Source: Akkermansiaceae bacterium (GTDB lineage Bacteria > Verrucomicrobiota > Verrucomicrobiia > Verrucomicrobiales > Akkermansiaceae). Taken from it: 64,000 nt of DNA. Within the stretch, counting starts at the first letter, position 1; the number at the start of each line of letters is the position of its first letter. Of the stretch, positions 8,271 through 18,973 are shown piece after piece. The stretch covers positions 1 through 64,000 of the forward strand of contig JBPOGF010000005.1 of the NCBI GenBank assembly GCA_051251915.1, given 5' to 3'. The notes under the pieces were generated by a model. The model saw only the letters and a list, made by a program, of their open reading frames with translations, was not told where the DNA came from and did not search any database. The position numbers were made by a program, and so were the translations under genes.

Positions 8271-9896
8271 TCAGCTGTCCCTGACTTGGTCGGCCTCGCG
8301 CCAGGATGCGACGAGATCTGGGCGTTGCTGCAAGAACACGTTGTAGATGTGATTGGCGAAGTTTACGCCCGCTTGGGTATATAAGTTGAAGGCGGCATCC
8401 ACGCCCATTGCTCTTAGCTCCTGGACCTCGTAGTCTTGCTGGCCACTGACGATCACCACGCCGCCGAAACCATGCCGCTTGAGTGTTTCTATGGCGTGTA
8501 AGTTCGCCGCATGCACTGGCATCGCTAGCACTACCATGTCTAGGTCATTGTGTGGGCACACACGCTCCCAGAAGTCAGAATCCGTGGCATCTGCAAGTCG
8601 GACATTCCGCTCAGCTCCCTGATGAATCCTAATTTTATCCGGGCTGCGGTCAAAGCCGATGACATGGCCTGGAAAGCGATGCTCCAGAGAATGGTATGCG
8701 GCTAGTCCGATACGGCCCATGCCAAAGATAGCTACGCGCTCGCGTTCCATGATCGGAGAAAAGTCTCCCTCGTGCTTGCCTGGTCTCTCAAACTTTTTCA
8801 ACCAATCACTGATAGGATCGTAGAGGTTTTCGGCCCGTCGGTTCAGAGGTGCTGCCAGTAGGAAGCTCAGTGAAAGGGCTAGTGCGACCACGATCAACCA
8901 CTCAGTTCCCATCCATCCCTTTGCCACCCCTAGCGAAGCCACGATGAGGCCAAATTCACTGTAAGTAGAAAGTGAGAATGAGGCCATCCATGCCGTTCTA
9001 GCACGCGTGTGGAAGCGCGTCAGAAGCAGAAAGAAGCCGATACTTTTTAAAGGAAGTAGCAGCAGAGCCAACCCAGCCCAACCGAGAGCCTGCCAAGTGA
9101 TGGCTCCCTCTAAGCCTACCTGTAAAAAGAAGCCCACCAGTAATAAGTCGGTGACATGATTCAGTGACTTTTTAAGCTCACTGGCTCGTGGATGCCAACC
9201 CACCATCACACCGATAAAGAGTGCCCCGAGATCCGCCTTTAAGCCCACCATATCGAAGCCCTTAGCTCCCACTACCAGGGCGAGCATGAGGCCACACAGA
9301 GAGAGAAGTTCTCCATGTCCCGCGCGATTCATGATCCATCCAAGGATAGGGCGACCCAAAATCAAGGCTGCCACCAAGGCGATGCTCCATGTGCTAGGAA
9401 ACTTACCTGTAGAAAACGTCAAAAAGAGCACCGCAATAATATCCTGCATCACCAGAATCCCCACGGCGGCCTTACCGTGCAAGGCCCCAAAGTCCCCACT
9501 CTCCTCCAGTGATTTGATCGCAAATACTGTGCTCGAAAAACTCAGGGCAAAGGCCAGCAAGAACGCCGTTTCCCATTCCATCCCAAGTGCTGGACCCACC
9601 AGCGCTGCGATCCCGTAAACCACGGGTCCAAACAAGATCAAAACCAAGATCACATGCAAACTCGTCCCGGCCCAGATTTCCGGTCTACCTAGTGACTTCA
9701 CCTGCAGCTTCAAGCCGATACTAAACAGCAACAGCGTCACCCCTAGATCGGAGATGATCTGCAAGCCTTCTCCCCCTTTTTGACCCATTGCCTGCAACAC
9801 AAAACCCGCCAACAAAAACCCTACCATAGGCGGCAGGCGAAACTGCTGGGCAGCCAACCCGAAAATAAATGCAACGGCAATGAGTAAAGAGTCCAT
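8271..9896 (-). CDS. Kef-type cation:proton antiporter (CPA2) with TrkA-N domain
   Basis: Multiple TM helices, LSFSSTV, ILVMQDI, C-terminal IFGMGRIG Rossmann motif. Confidence 0.9.
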   Translation of the reverse strand: MDSLLIAVAFIFGLAAQQFRLPPMVGFLLAGFVLQAMGQKGGEGLQIISDLGVTLLLFSIGLKLQVKSLGRPEIWAGTSLHVILVLILFGPVVYGIAALVGPALGMEWETAFLLAFALSFSSTVFAIKSLEESGDFGALHGKAAVGILVMQDIIAVLFLTFSTGKFPSTWSIALVAALILGRPILGWIMNRAGHGELLSLCGLMLALVVGAKGFDMVGLKADLGALFIGVMVGWHPRASELKKSLNHVTDLLLVGFFLQVGLEGAITWQALGWAGLALLLLPLKSIGFFLLLTRFHTRARTAWMASFSLSTYSEFGLIVASLGVAKGWMGTEWLIVVALALSLSFLLAAPLNRRAENLYDPISDWLKKFERPGKHEGDFSPIMERERVAIFGMGRIGLAAYHSLEHRFPGHVIGFDRSPDKIRIHQGAERNVRLADATDSDFWERVCPHNDLDMVVLAMPVHAANLHAIETLKRHGFGGVVIVSGQQDYEVQELRAMGVDAAFNLYTQAGVNFANHIYNVFLQQRPDLVASWREADQVRDS

Positions 9897-10023
9897 AAAG
9901 AACACTTCCTAAGCAGTTCTCATACCTTTTTCCACTAAATAACATCGGTTCCAAAAAAAATTATCCCATAAAATTAGAAATAGAGAAGGCTCTGCCCTAA
10001 TTGCTAGGCACTGAACAAATGGT

Positions 10024-10548
10024 TCAGGTCAAAACGTTCCCCTTCACATTCTTAAGCGCATACCAAAGCGGAGGCAGACAAAAGACTCCGAATGAGCAAT
10101 CCACCAGTCTCCATGCGAATGGGATACCACGGATTTCTCCGCAGATTAGCGCTAATGGAATGATCATAACTGAGCTAAGGATACCAATATAAATCACCCC
10201 GATATACCGAGCCGGATCCAGCCACGGCAGGATGAAGTAAAGGGCGATCATCAGATGAGCAAACGCAAGCCAATCAGTTCCATAGGCAATGAACGGATAA
10301 CTCTGGTAGCTCACTTCTAATCCCTCCCTGACATGGAGAATCCAATGCGTCAGCCCAGTGTAATGACCTGGATTCAGATCACCACCATCAGATAGCCAAC
10401 CAGCAATCATATTTAGCTCACCGAGCAACGGAAACGCAGTCACCCCACTGATGACGAGGCCAAAAATAACGAGACTCAGCGCCCAGCGGATTTTTCTCAG
10501 TTCGGCTTGTTCTAGATTTTCGGTTGGTTCCCATTGCTTCATACCCAC
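10024..10548 (-). CDS. conserved hypothetical membrane protein
   Basis: SGVTAFPL, YGTDWLAFAH, IRGIPF..RLVDCSFG; about 4 TM segments. Confidence 0.75.
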   Translation of the reverse strand: MGMKQWEPTENLEQAELRKIRWALSLVIFGLVISGVTAFPLLGELNMIAGWLSDGGDLNPGHYTGLTHWILHVREGLEVSYQSYPFIAYGTDWLAFAHLMIALYFILPWLDPARYIGVIYIGILSSVMIIPLALICGEIRGIPFAWRLVDCSFGVFCLPPLWYALKNVKGNVLT

Positions 10549-10640
10549 ACTGTCTCAGACCTTGATGAAACAGTGATGAAGCCAATGTGAAAAATAGATG
10601 AATTTGGTTATAGAAGGGGTCGTATAACCGATTCTGGGAC

Positions 10641-10681
10641 AAAAAAACCTCTCTCTCCGGAGAAACCAGAAAGAGAGGTTT
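10641..10681 (-). terminator. rho-independent terminator
   Basis: AACCTCTCT/AGAGAGGTT stem plus T-tract on the minus strand, after the PEP-CTERM gene. Confidence 0.7.
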
Positions 10682-10708
10682 GAAAATGTGTTTAAGAGCG
10701 TTCCGACC

Positions 10709-11407
10709 TTACTTGCGGCGTCGCATGATAAGAGCAAGACCTCCCAGTCCGAGTAGGGCTGTTGAAGATGGTTCTGGAACCGTGTTGACCGTGAGATTAT
10801 CTAGATCAGCAGACCCAAACTCTGTGCCACTGGGGGCGTTTTGCTGTGCAAAAGTGAGAGCAACAAAATCATCTGTTCCATTATAGGTAAAGGTGACAGC
10901 TATATCAGTACCGTTAGCGGTAATATTTTGTTGAGAACCAAGCGCGCTAATCGTAGCGGTTCCGGTGCCAAGAGGATTACCTCCCGCGGATGCGCCTCCA
11001 TGAAGATCCAAACTTACCGTATTAGTGGCATCCACACCATTCGCGGCGTATGCCTGGAAAAGAAATGTCGTATCAGCACCAGCTACAAAATTCGTCACAT
11101 CAAACTCTACGGTAACGAGTCCAGCAGACCATGTTGTAGTATCAAACCAGATGCCTGCACCCCGGAATCTATTCTGAGTACTATTACTGAAACTCAAGTC
11201 ACCCCCGCCGATGCCGATGCCATTGTTTGTACCAAACCACGAGTCGACAGCGGTGGTTGGACTATTGTCAAATACGATGTCTCCGGTGTTTTGAGTATAT
11301 TCGTCACCAACAAAATCAGTGGTGTACACCAGAACAGCTTGTGAAGATAGGGCAGAGGCGATCGTTATACCTCCGATGAGAAATGCATTTTTTATATTGG
11401 GTTTCAT
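10709..11407 (-). CDS. PEP-CTERM sorting domain protein
   Basis: Signal peptide; VPEPSSTALLGLGGLALIMRRRK. Confidence 0.92.
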   Translation of the reverse strand: MKPNIKNAFLIGGITIASALSSQAVLVYTTDFVGDEYTQNTGDIVFDNSPTTAVDSWFGTNNGIGIGGGDLSFSNSTQNRFRGAGIWFDTTTWSAGLVTVEFDVTNFVAGADTTFLFQAYAANGVDATNTVSLDLHGGASAGGNPLGTGTATISALGSQQNITANGTDIAVTFTYNGTDDFVALTFAQQNAPSGTEFGSADLDNLTVNTVPEPSSTALLGLGGLALIMRRRK

Positions 11408-11647
11408 ATTGTTTTTTTTGTGTGGTTTTTAGTGAGCTAAAAATAGGGTCTTAGGTAGATTAGAGTGGTTTTTCTCTGCAATTCTTTGAGCAGAGATTGT
11501 ATCTCCAGTCACTTTCAAAGAGGTGGATAACGAACTTATCTTCCCTTGCTTATTTATACATAGTAGTTAAGTGTATAACATAGGTAAAAAGCCGTCAATA
11601 TTTTAATGTAGTTTACTCCTTAAAGTGTTGCCTCGTAAATAAGCACC

Positions 11648-13267
11648 TTATTCACTCAGCACTTTGATGCAGACGATTTCTTTCATGGTGTGGGCGTAGA
11701 TTTTGCCATTTGCGTAGGTGAGGGAGGCTAGGGTCCAGCTTTCGCCGCCTGGGCCTAGGTCGTTGACTGCTACTAGGGACTTGGGTGAGAGTTGAGCTAC
11801 TTTGGTATCGATGACATAAACGGTGCCGGTCACTACGGGGATAAAGAGGTAGCGGCCTATTACCGTGGGGCTTGCGGCGGAAATATGCCCTGAGCCGATT
11901 CCGGTGTGACCTTTGTTGCCGACAGCGAAACCATTGGCATTGAGTGGCTTATTATCTGGATTTCCTTTTCCCCAGAGTTTCACATCGTCCTCTCTGCTCT
12001 CGGTGCTGGCCATGAGCTGGGCGGGTAGTTCTAGGTATTCTACCACGCCAGTTTCCACATTCACGCGTCCTACGTAGTGCACATCGTGACAGAGGAACCA
12101 GTGCCAATCTCCGATCGCGATGTTTGCTTGATTGGTGTTTGGGTGAGGTCGTTTGCTTTTCACTATCGCATCCTTTTGCCACACCCAGTCCTGCTTTTCT
12201 GGCTGAAATTTCCAGAGATTGGCGCCTTGGTCGAGTGGTTGCTCACGTAATAGTTTGCCAGAGGTGGCATCGATGACGATGTGTTTATCTTTTTGAAATC
12301 CAAAGACATATTTAGCATTCCAGTGACTACTGAATGAGGGGTCGAATCGTTTGAGCTCTAGGTTCCAAAGTGTCTTTCCTTCTTCACCCTGAGCGAGACT
12401 GGTAAGGCTCATGCCATAGGGTTTTTCGATGGTTCCGTGTGGGCCACCGCGAGCATGTGCTATGGCCAATTTTCCTGATGCGGTTATCCCGACTACTGGA
12501 GTGTTATGCACTGAGGTTCCTACCTTTTCTCGCCCTAGGATCTTGCCTGTATTCTTATCGATTGCATGGAGATAAGTCCAGACTTCCTTGGGGTCTACGC
12601 CCTCAGGTATCTTTGTGCCGTCCTTAGATTTTACCCCAGGAGACTCCCATTTTTGCATCTTCACCCCTTGTTCTTTATTAGCCACTTCTAGGTAAATAAT
12701 CGCCTCTCCTACAAGGTAGGGTTCTGCTTGACGATTGGTATGCTTGCCCCTCGGAGTCCATTCGCGTATCCAGCGTCGATTGCCTTCGTAGTCGTAGCAT
12801 GCCATCGAGCCGCAGCGATTAAAAAACCAAACATGCTTCCCATCGGTGATCGGCGCGAAGACTGTCCCATCGGAAAATCCACCTGCCAGTTCTATTGCCG
12901 CGCTTCCCGGTAAGGTAACCTGCCAGAGTATTTTGCCGCTGTGAGAATCGAGACAAAACCCGATGATATCCTTCACTGAATTCTGCTCCTTGAGTGACTT
13001 GATAGGGACATGAGTCGTGACGAATACGCGGTCACCCCATATCGTGACATTACTCATCCCTGCTTCAGGCATCGGGGTGCGCCAGCTGATATTTTCGCCA
13101 CGCGTCACACTCCATTCGGTCGGCGGATTCCCCTCAACCTGCCAGTTTCCATTAGGTCCAGCAGCTTGATGCCAGAACTGCCCAGCTCCAGCCTGGATAC
13201 AGATGAGATGGAAAATAACGACATAGAAAATTCTGATATAATTTTGGATGGGTCGATTAGGTTGCAT
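11648..13267 (-). CDS. PQQ-binding-like beta-propeller repeat protein
   Basis: [35 protein letters not shown] repeats. Confidence 0.85.
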   Translation of the reverse strand: MQPNRPIQNYIRIFYVVIFHLICIQAGAGQFWHQAAGPNGNWQVEGNPPTEWSVTRGENISWRTPMPEAGMSNVTIWGDRVFVTTHVPIKSLKEQNSVKDIIGFCLDSHSGKILWQVTLPGSAAIELAGGFSDGTVFAPITDGKHVWFFNRCGSMACYDYEGNRRWIREWTPRGKHTNRQAEPYLVGEAIIYLEVANKEQGVKMQKWESPGVKSKDGTKIPEGVDPKEVWTYLHAIDKNTGKILGREKVGTSVHNTPVVGITASGKLAIAHARGGPHGTIEKPYGMSLTSLAQGEEGKTLWNLELKRFDPSFSSHWNAKYVFGFQKDKHIVIDATSGKLLREQPLDQGANLWKFQPEKQDWVWQKDAIVKSKRPHPNTNQANIAIGDWHWFLCHDVHYVGRVNVETGVVEYLELPAQLMASTESREDDVKLWGKGNPDNKPLNANGFAVGNKGHTGIGSGHISAASPTVIGRYLFIPVVTGTVYVIDTKVAQLSPKSLVAVNDLGPGGESWTLASLTYANGKIYAHTMKEIVCIKVLSE

Positions 13268-13592
13268 AGCTTGTTAGAGAATCATTTTGGTGATTGAGCT
13301 AGGATTCCATAATGAGCGAGCGATGACAAAATGTTTATCGAAGAAAATCATCACCTAGAGTATTCTTGGGTGAGCTGATTATCGAAAGCCCACGCGCTAA
13401 TGAGATGCAAGCTTGTTCGTGGGTCAGCGTACTCGAAGCTATGTCGTAGTGTTTTGCCATCAATGGCGATGAGTTAGCCCTATATTTGCCGGTCTATCTA
13501 TCGGTCTGAATTATTGCTGGCTTAGTAAGATCCTGTCTATCGCACAAACGTGCTATAGGCAGAGTGAGTATCTGTGATACAGTAACTTTTGG

Positions 13593-13611
13593 ATTGATGA
13601 CAATTATCATT
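13593..13611. promoter_or_regulatory. Fur-box-like operator
   Basis: TGATGAC-A-ATTATCA, 12/14 match to the TGATAAT-n-ATTATCA 7-1-7 consensus, 30 bp upstream of the ATG. Confidence 0.35.
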
Positions 13612-13641
13612 CTAATAACAAAAACCAAGAAATATTAAATC

Positions 13642-14445
13642 ATGAAAAAAACACTCACAATTTTAAGCGCAGGTCTAATGATGGCAGGCGTATCACAAGC
13701 TGCAGTCATTACTGTCGCAGATCCTGCAGCGGACTACCTCGCAGCAGCAGGTGGCCCTAATGCAGCCCTAGCAGCTCCGCCAACTGGTTGGAGTTATTTC
13801 GGTTCAACCGTAGCGAATGGTGGCACAGAAGCTGCCTTGGCGGCAGGTCAAGTTGGAAACGTAAGTGCGGCATACGAAGGCTTTGTGGGCGTATCTGGCA
13901 ATAATGTGGCCGCTGTATATGGGACAAACACCGCAAGCTCAGCTGAGTTCGAAATTTTCGCAAACGGCCAAGCTAATGCTGGTGTAGTCGGTACTGATAT
14001 TCTTCTTCACCCTGGTGATCCTGGTGGCGCTGACGATTACGTAATCCTGCGCTTCACTGTAGGGGACGATGGCCTATATATTGCTGGAACTGGCACGATT
14101 GCTGGAAGTTTCCGTGAAGGCATTATCGGTGGCGGTGCTTCTGCTCAATCCGTCATTGTTGGAGTATACCAAAATTCCACCTCATTGTTCACCGCTACTG
14201 GTGGTACTACAGCAGCAAGCACAGCTAGTGAATTGACACAAGCTGATGGAACATTCAGTTTGTCCGGTTTGACATTTGCAACTGGTGATACCATTGACTT
14301 CTATGTTGGCGCCAATGGAAATAACGGTGCTGATGAGACCGCTCTGAACGCGTTGATACAAGTCGATACGGTTCCTGAGCCATCTTCAGTAGCTCTACTA
14401 GGTCTTGGTGCTGCAGGTCTCATGATCCGTCGCCGTCGCGCATAG
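13642..14445 (+). CDS. PEP-CTERM sorting domain protein
   Basis: Signal peptide; VPEPSSVALLGLGAAGLMIRRRRA. Confidence 0.92.
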   Translation: MKKTLTILSAGLMMAGVSQAAVITVADPAADYLAAAGGPNAALAAPPTGWSYFGSTVANGGTEAALAAGQVGNVSAAYEGFVGVSGNNVAAVYGTNTASSAEFEIFANGQANAGVVGTDILLHPGDPGGADDYVILRFTVGDDGLYIAGTGTIAGSFREGIIGGGASAQSVIVGVYQNSTSLFTATGGTTAASTASELTQADGTFSLSGLTFATGDTIDFYVGANGNNGADETALNALIQVDTVPEPSSVALLGLGAAGLMIRRRRA

Positions 14446-14504
14446 TAATGAAGTGGATATTCGGTTATAAATCATATTCGTATATCTCATCGTAAAAAAT
14501 TTAG

Positions 14505-14539
14505 AAGAGTCTGTATCTTAGTGGTATAGGCTCTTTTTT
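14505..14539 (+). terminator. rho-independent terminator
   Basis: AAGAGTCTGTATC/GGTATAGGCTCTT stem plus T6. Confidence 0.7.
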
Positions 14540-14588
14540 ACTTTAAAGTGGAGGTTGACTTTAAAGAGAAATATTTATAAAAGCTCAA

Positions 14589-17500
14589 ATGCTAAATGGT
14601 AGATCATATTGTAAATTTTTGAGAGGGCAGGCACGTATGTGTGCTTTATTAAAGTCCACGACCTTGTCCAGCATGGTAGTGTTGCCATTGATCTTCTCCA
14701 TGAGTTGCTCCGCCGTGAAAGCCTCTACGATAGCGGATGCTGCTGCGGATTATGTAGACCCCCAAACACTTCCAGCGGGCTGGGAATACTTCTCATCCAG
14801 TGAAGCAAGTGGAGTCTCATTGGCCGCGTTGGATTCGAATCAGGATGTAGGGAATCAAGGGAGGATTGGTTTTGGTGGAGCAGGGCAGCTGAATTCTGCT
14901 TGCATCATGGGTAGTGTGGAGAGTGGCTCATCTTACAAATTATACTCCACAGGAGCACACAATGGAGTGGCGGGTGAGGATCTACTCATTCAACCTGGTA
15001 ATGGAACAGATGATGACTATATTATTGCTCGCTATCAGTTCTCCACAGCGGATTTAACCGCTGGCAACATAGTGAGAATATCCGGAAGTTTTAGAGATTT
15101 GCAAAGTTCTTCAGCAGCAGCAGCTCAAGATTCCGTAGCGGTTTCTGTCTACCATAACTCGTCCCTGCTCTTTTCAAAACAGGGTGCCAATAGTGTGTTG
15201 ACGGAAGCGAATGGCAGTTTTGATCTAAGTGGTGTGGTGGTAGCGGTAGGGGATACCATCAGCTTTGTGGTGGGGAATAATGGAATATACAATGGTGACG
15301 AGACAGCACTGAAGGCGAAGATAGAGCATGATCTTAATGCGGCGAATTCGCTGACATTCTCAAGTGTGGCACCAAGTGGGGGCTGGCAGTTTCCCAATGC
15401 TTTTTCTGGGCTTACATTTACTCAGCCTACCTGTCTTGAGAAAATTCCAGGAGACACGCAGAGCTTGTTTGTTACTGAGCGATCTGGGGACATCTATGTC
15501 ATCCCTGATGTCACCGCCGCAAGCCCAACAAAGAGCCTCTTTCTAGATATTCCTAATGTGCGGACGCAGACCTTCTGTGGACTCAGGGGACTAGCGTTTC
15601 ATCCAGATTTTGAGAATAATCGTTATTTTTATGTGGGCTATGACAGTACTGCAAATTTTGATAGTGAAAGTGATTCTGTGCGTGTTTCTCGTTTTACTGC
15701 GAACTCAGACTTGAGCACAGTGGATACTTCGACCGAGGTGGTTTTATTTCAGCAGGGGACAAGTGAGAGTATTCACCGGATAAACCAGATGGTATTTGGT
15801 CCTGATGGCTACCTTTACATTGCTGTGGGTGATGATGGGAATACCACAGGTCCAGGGCATTCACAGAATATTGATGATGATTTCTGGTCATCAGTGCTGC
15901 GTATTGATGTGGATAAAAAAGCCGGTAACTATGAGCCGGTCAATACTGATGGCGTAACACTTGATGGAGGTGGTCTAGCGTATTATTCTATACCTGCGGA
16001 TAATCCCTATATTGATCAAAATTTTACAGATGGCCGAGGAGTGACGACTCTGAATGGACAGCCTACACCTACTGGTGATGCTACTGCAGTTAGAACGGAG
16101 ATGTATTGTATAGGATTTAGAAATCCGTGGAAGATCGGATTTATTCCTGTTACAGGCGAGTTGTGGGTGGCGGATGCCGCCGCGGCTGGCTATGAAAAAA
16201 TCTGTGTGATGCCAGCAGGCGGTAATGCAGGCTGGGGGCACCTAGAGGGAACAGGTGCAGGACCGTTGCAGATGGGGAGTAACCGGTATAGCGGCCCGTT
16301 TTCAGCCCCTCCATCCACAGCGAGCTATATTCAGCCTGTATTGGAATACACGGTGCCTGGTAATACTGCGACAGCTGGTGTGAAGTCTCTGGTGGGTGGT
16401 ACTTTCTACACTGCAACAAATATTTCAGATCTGACTGGGGCATTTCTTTTTGCTGATTACACGAAGGGAGATATTTGGTACATGAAGCGCCCTGATAATG
16501 CTGCCTACCAGACGGTGGGTAGAGTGCCTATCGATGCTGATGGGGATGGAAATGCGGATGAATGGGGAATGGATGAAACGGGGATGGTGACAGAGGTGAT
16601 TTCTACCAGCAGTGGTTTTGAAGCCAAGTCTTATGGGGTGGACGAGATTGAGAAAATAGGTACAGAAGGGGGGATCACAGCGATGGTGACGGATCCTTCT
16701 GATGGGAGTGTTTTGATGTTGGATTACGAGGGGATTATCCGGAGGATAGAGTTCAATGTGGATGATGGTAGTCTTCCGGCGACCTTGTCTGCGACTGGAG
16801 CCTTTGATGACCTTAGTAATCTTACTCCGTCGACAGGGGTGAAGCCCTACGGTGTTAACCTCAGGTTCTGGTCGGATCATGCGGATAAATCTAGATTCTT
16901 CGCGGTGAAATCTCTTGGTGATACATTTACTTATTCTGAAGATGGCTTTTGGGGTTATCCCGAGGGTGCAGTCTTTGTGAAGCACTTCGACATGGATATG
17001 GATCTGCAGAACCCAGGCACCAACGTGCGGCGTTTGGAGACTCGTTTTATTGTGAAATCAGCGGATGATTTCTATGGGGTTTCTTACCGTTGGAATGCGG
17101 CTCAGACTGATGCTGACTTAGTGGATACAGGAGGCGACACCATTCCACTGGTGGTGACGGAAGCTGATGGCAGCACGCGGAACCAAGACTGGAAGATCCC
17201 AAGCCGTGGTGATTGCCGCACCTGCCATACCAATGAAAATGGAGTGATCCTTGGATTCAACACGCGCCAACTGAATGGACAAGGGACGCTGAATGGAGTC
17301 TCTGGTAATTACCTAGAAAGTCTTCATGCTTCTGGCTATCTTGACATTGGTACTGAAGCGGCACCTGTGGGGGCAAATCTACCTATGTACCATACGCCAG
17401 ATGATACCAGCGTGAATCTAGAAGTGCGCGCCAGATCATACATCGCGGTGAATTGCGCTTACTGTCACTACGAAGGGAGCAATTCTATTTCTGTGGGAGA

Positions 17501-18503
17501 TGTGTGGAGAGGAGATGCGTTCTTGAGTATTGAGGACACCAGACTCTTCCATGGAGAAGGCATTGGCTTTGCTGTGGCGGATCCTACAGATAGATACGTG
17601 ATTCCAGGAGATGCGGACAATTCCATGGTCTATAACCTAGCGGCAGAGGACAACGGTTACGGGCGAATGCCACCACTGGCTACAGACATAGTGGATGAAG
17701 AAGGCGTGGCACTTCTCAGAGATTGGATTAACAACTTTGCCAACACCAAGCCAACACTCGATGTTGCTGCTGGTCCCTACGCGGTGCTCGAGAATTCTTC
17801 CTCTGGGACTGTGGTGGGCGCGGGGCCACAGGCAGTGGATCTCGATGATCCAGATCCAGATCGAGGAGATCTAACCTATTCCATCACTGGTGGAAATGAT
17901 GATGGCTACTATGAAGTAGATTTTAACACAGGAGAGATAAGGTTAGTGGATAGTGGCGCCGACTATGAAAAAACACCGATGAGCAACTTGTCTATTTTGG
18001 TGAGTGACAACTTTGCTCCTAATCCAGGTGAGCTGACCACCTCGGTGAAGGTGAACCTACTTGATATTGTCAATGATGACAGTCAGGGTGATGGAATCAT
18101 TGACGAGTATGCGGTGGCGGAATACGGCACGTCTGATGTTGACCCTAGTTTAGATCTGGATAAAGACGGCTACTCGGCACTGCTAGAGTTCTGGGCCAAT
18201 AGTGATCCTAATGATGCACGCAGCCTTGGTCTAATGATCTTACCACAACAGTCCACAGCGAATGGATTTTCCTTCGAGTGGACAATCCGAGCTGATGTGA
18301 CTCTTGGCACAGACTACTATGTGCAGGGGTCACCTGCTAATGCTAATATGGATTTCTCACAGCTGACTCAAGACACAGACTTCACCGTAACGTCAACCAT
18401 AACCATCCCAGGGTCTCCTACGATGTCTAAAATACGCATTAATGTCCCAACGACTGACAAGCGCTATTTCTTGCGTCTCTCTAATCAGGCACAACCTGAA
18501 TAG
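14589..18503 (+). CDS. multidomain secreted PQQ-dependent glucose/sorbosone dehydrogenase-like protein with diheme cytochrome c, cadherin-like and C-terminal domains
   Basis: GLRGLAFHPDF, FGPDGYLYIAVGD, GFRNPWK; FWSDHADKSR, CRTCH and CAYCH heme motifs, RMPPL; LTYSITGGN/DYEK cadherin-like; DLDKDG..E. Confidence 0.85.
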   Translation: MLNGRSYCKFLRGQARMCALLKSTTLSSMVVLPLIFSMSCSAVKASTIADAAADYVDPQTLPAGWEYFSSSEASGVSLAALDSNQDVGNQGRIGFGGAGQLNSACIMGSVESGSSYKLYSTGAHNGVAGEDLLIQPGNGTDDDYIIARYQFSTADLTAGNIVRISGSFRDLQSSSAAAAQDSVAVSVYHNSSLLFSKQGANSVLTEANGSFDLSGVVVAVGDTISFVVGNNGIYNGDETALKAKIEHDLNAANSLTFSSVAPSGGWQFPNAFSGLTFTQPTCLEKIPGDTQSLFVTERSGDIYVIPDVTAASPTKSLFLDIPNVRTQTFCGLRGLAFHPDFENNRYFYVGYDSTANFDSESDSVRVSRFTANSDLSTVDTSTEVVLFQQGTSESIHRINQMVFGPDGYLYIAVGDDGNTTGPGHSQNIDDDFWSSVLRIDVDKKAGNYEPVNTDGVTLDGGGLAYYSIPADNPYIDQNFTDGRGVTTLNGQPTPTGDATAVRTEMYCIGFRNPWKIGFIPVTGELWVADAAAAGYEKICVMPAGGNAGWGHLEGTGAGPLQMGSNRYSGPFSAPPSTASYIQPVLEYTVPGNTATAGVKSLVGGTFYTATNISDLTGAFLFADYTKGDIWYMKRPDNAAYQTVGRVPIDADGDGNADEWGMDETGMVTEVISTSSGFEAKSYGVDEIEKIGTEGGITAMVTDPSDGSVLMLDYEGIIRRIEFNVDDGSLPATLSATGAFDDLSNLTPSTGVKPYGVNLRFWSDHADKSRFFAVKSLGDTFTYSEDGFWGYPEGAVFVKHFDMDMDLQNPGTNVRRLETRFIVKSADDFYGVSYRWNAAQTDADLVDTGGDTIPLVVTEADGSTRNQDWKIPSRGDCRTCHTNENGVILGFNTRQLNGQGTLNGVSGNYLESLHASGYLDIGTEAAPVGANLPMYHTPDDTSVNLEVRARSYIAVNCAYCHYEGSNSISVGDVWRGDAFLSIEDTRLFHGEGIGFAVADPTDRYVIPGDADNSMVYNLAAEDNGYGRMPPLATDIVDEEGVALLRDWINNFANTKPTLDVAAGPYAVLENSSSGTVVGAGPQAVDLDDPDPDRGDLTYSITGGNDDGYYEVDFNTGEIRLVDSGADYEKTPMSNLSILVSDNFAPNPGELTTSVKVNLLDIVNDDSQGDGIIDEYAVAEYGTSDVDPSLDLDKDGYSALLEFWANSDPNDARSLGLMILPQQSTANGFSFEWTIRADVTLGTDYYVQGSPANANMDFSQLTQDTDFTVTSTITIPGSPTMSKIRINVPTTDKRYFLRLSNQAQPE

Positions 18504-18545
18504 GACTTGATTTGGGTGAATGATAGGATAAAAACTTAATGCAAG

Positions 18546-18968
18546 ATGACTATTACAATTGAAACTACAGTTGATGCTTTAGTAGAAGAAGCTTGGAAGG
18601 CTTGGACTTCACCTGAGATAATCACGCAGTGGAACTTTGCTACCGATGACTGGGCGTGTCCGCGAGCCCAACTTGACCTTAGGGAAGGTGGGAAGTTCAA
18701 CTACCGAATGGAAGCTAAAGATGGCTCAATGGGGTTTGATTTTGAAGGAGTGTTTCTAGTGGTAGAGCAAAATCGCAAAATAGAATATACACTAGGAGAC
18801 GACCGCAAAGTGACGATCGAGTTCCTAACTGAAGATGGAAAGACACGGATAGTGGAGAGCTTCGAGGCTGAGGATGAGCATGCAGCTGAACAACAGAAAC
18901 AGGGTTGGCAATTAATCCTAAATAATTTCAAGAAGCTTGTTGAGCAACTGAAACAAAAAGAAGCTTAA
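18546..18968 (+). CDS. SRPBCC / AHSA1-like protein
   Basis: WTSPEIITQWNFA, RMEAKDGSMGFDF, QGWQLILNNFK. Confidence 0.9.
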   Translation: MTITIETTVDALVEEAWKAWTSPEIITQWNFATDDWACPRAQLDLREGGKFNYRMEAKDGSMGFDFEGVFLVVEQNRKIEYTLGDDRKVTIEFLTEDGKTRIVESFEAEDEHAAEQQKQGWQLILNNFKKLVEQLKQKEA

Positions 18969-18973
18969 GGTGT

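Noticed and set aside
13330..13565. Several short hairpins in the divergent intergenic region (riboswitch or ncRNA?)
   Set aside because: Stems are imperfect and match no RNA family I recognise
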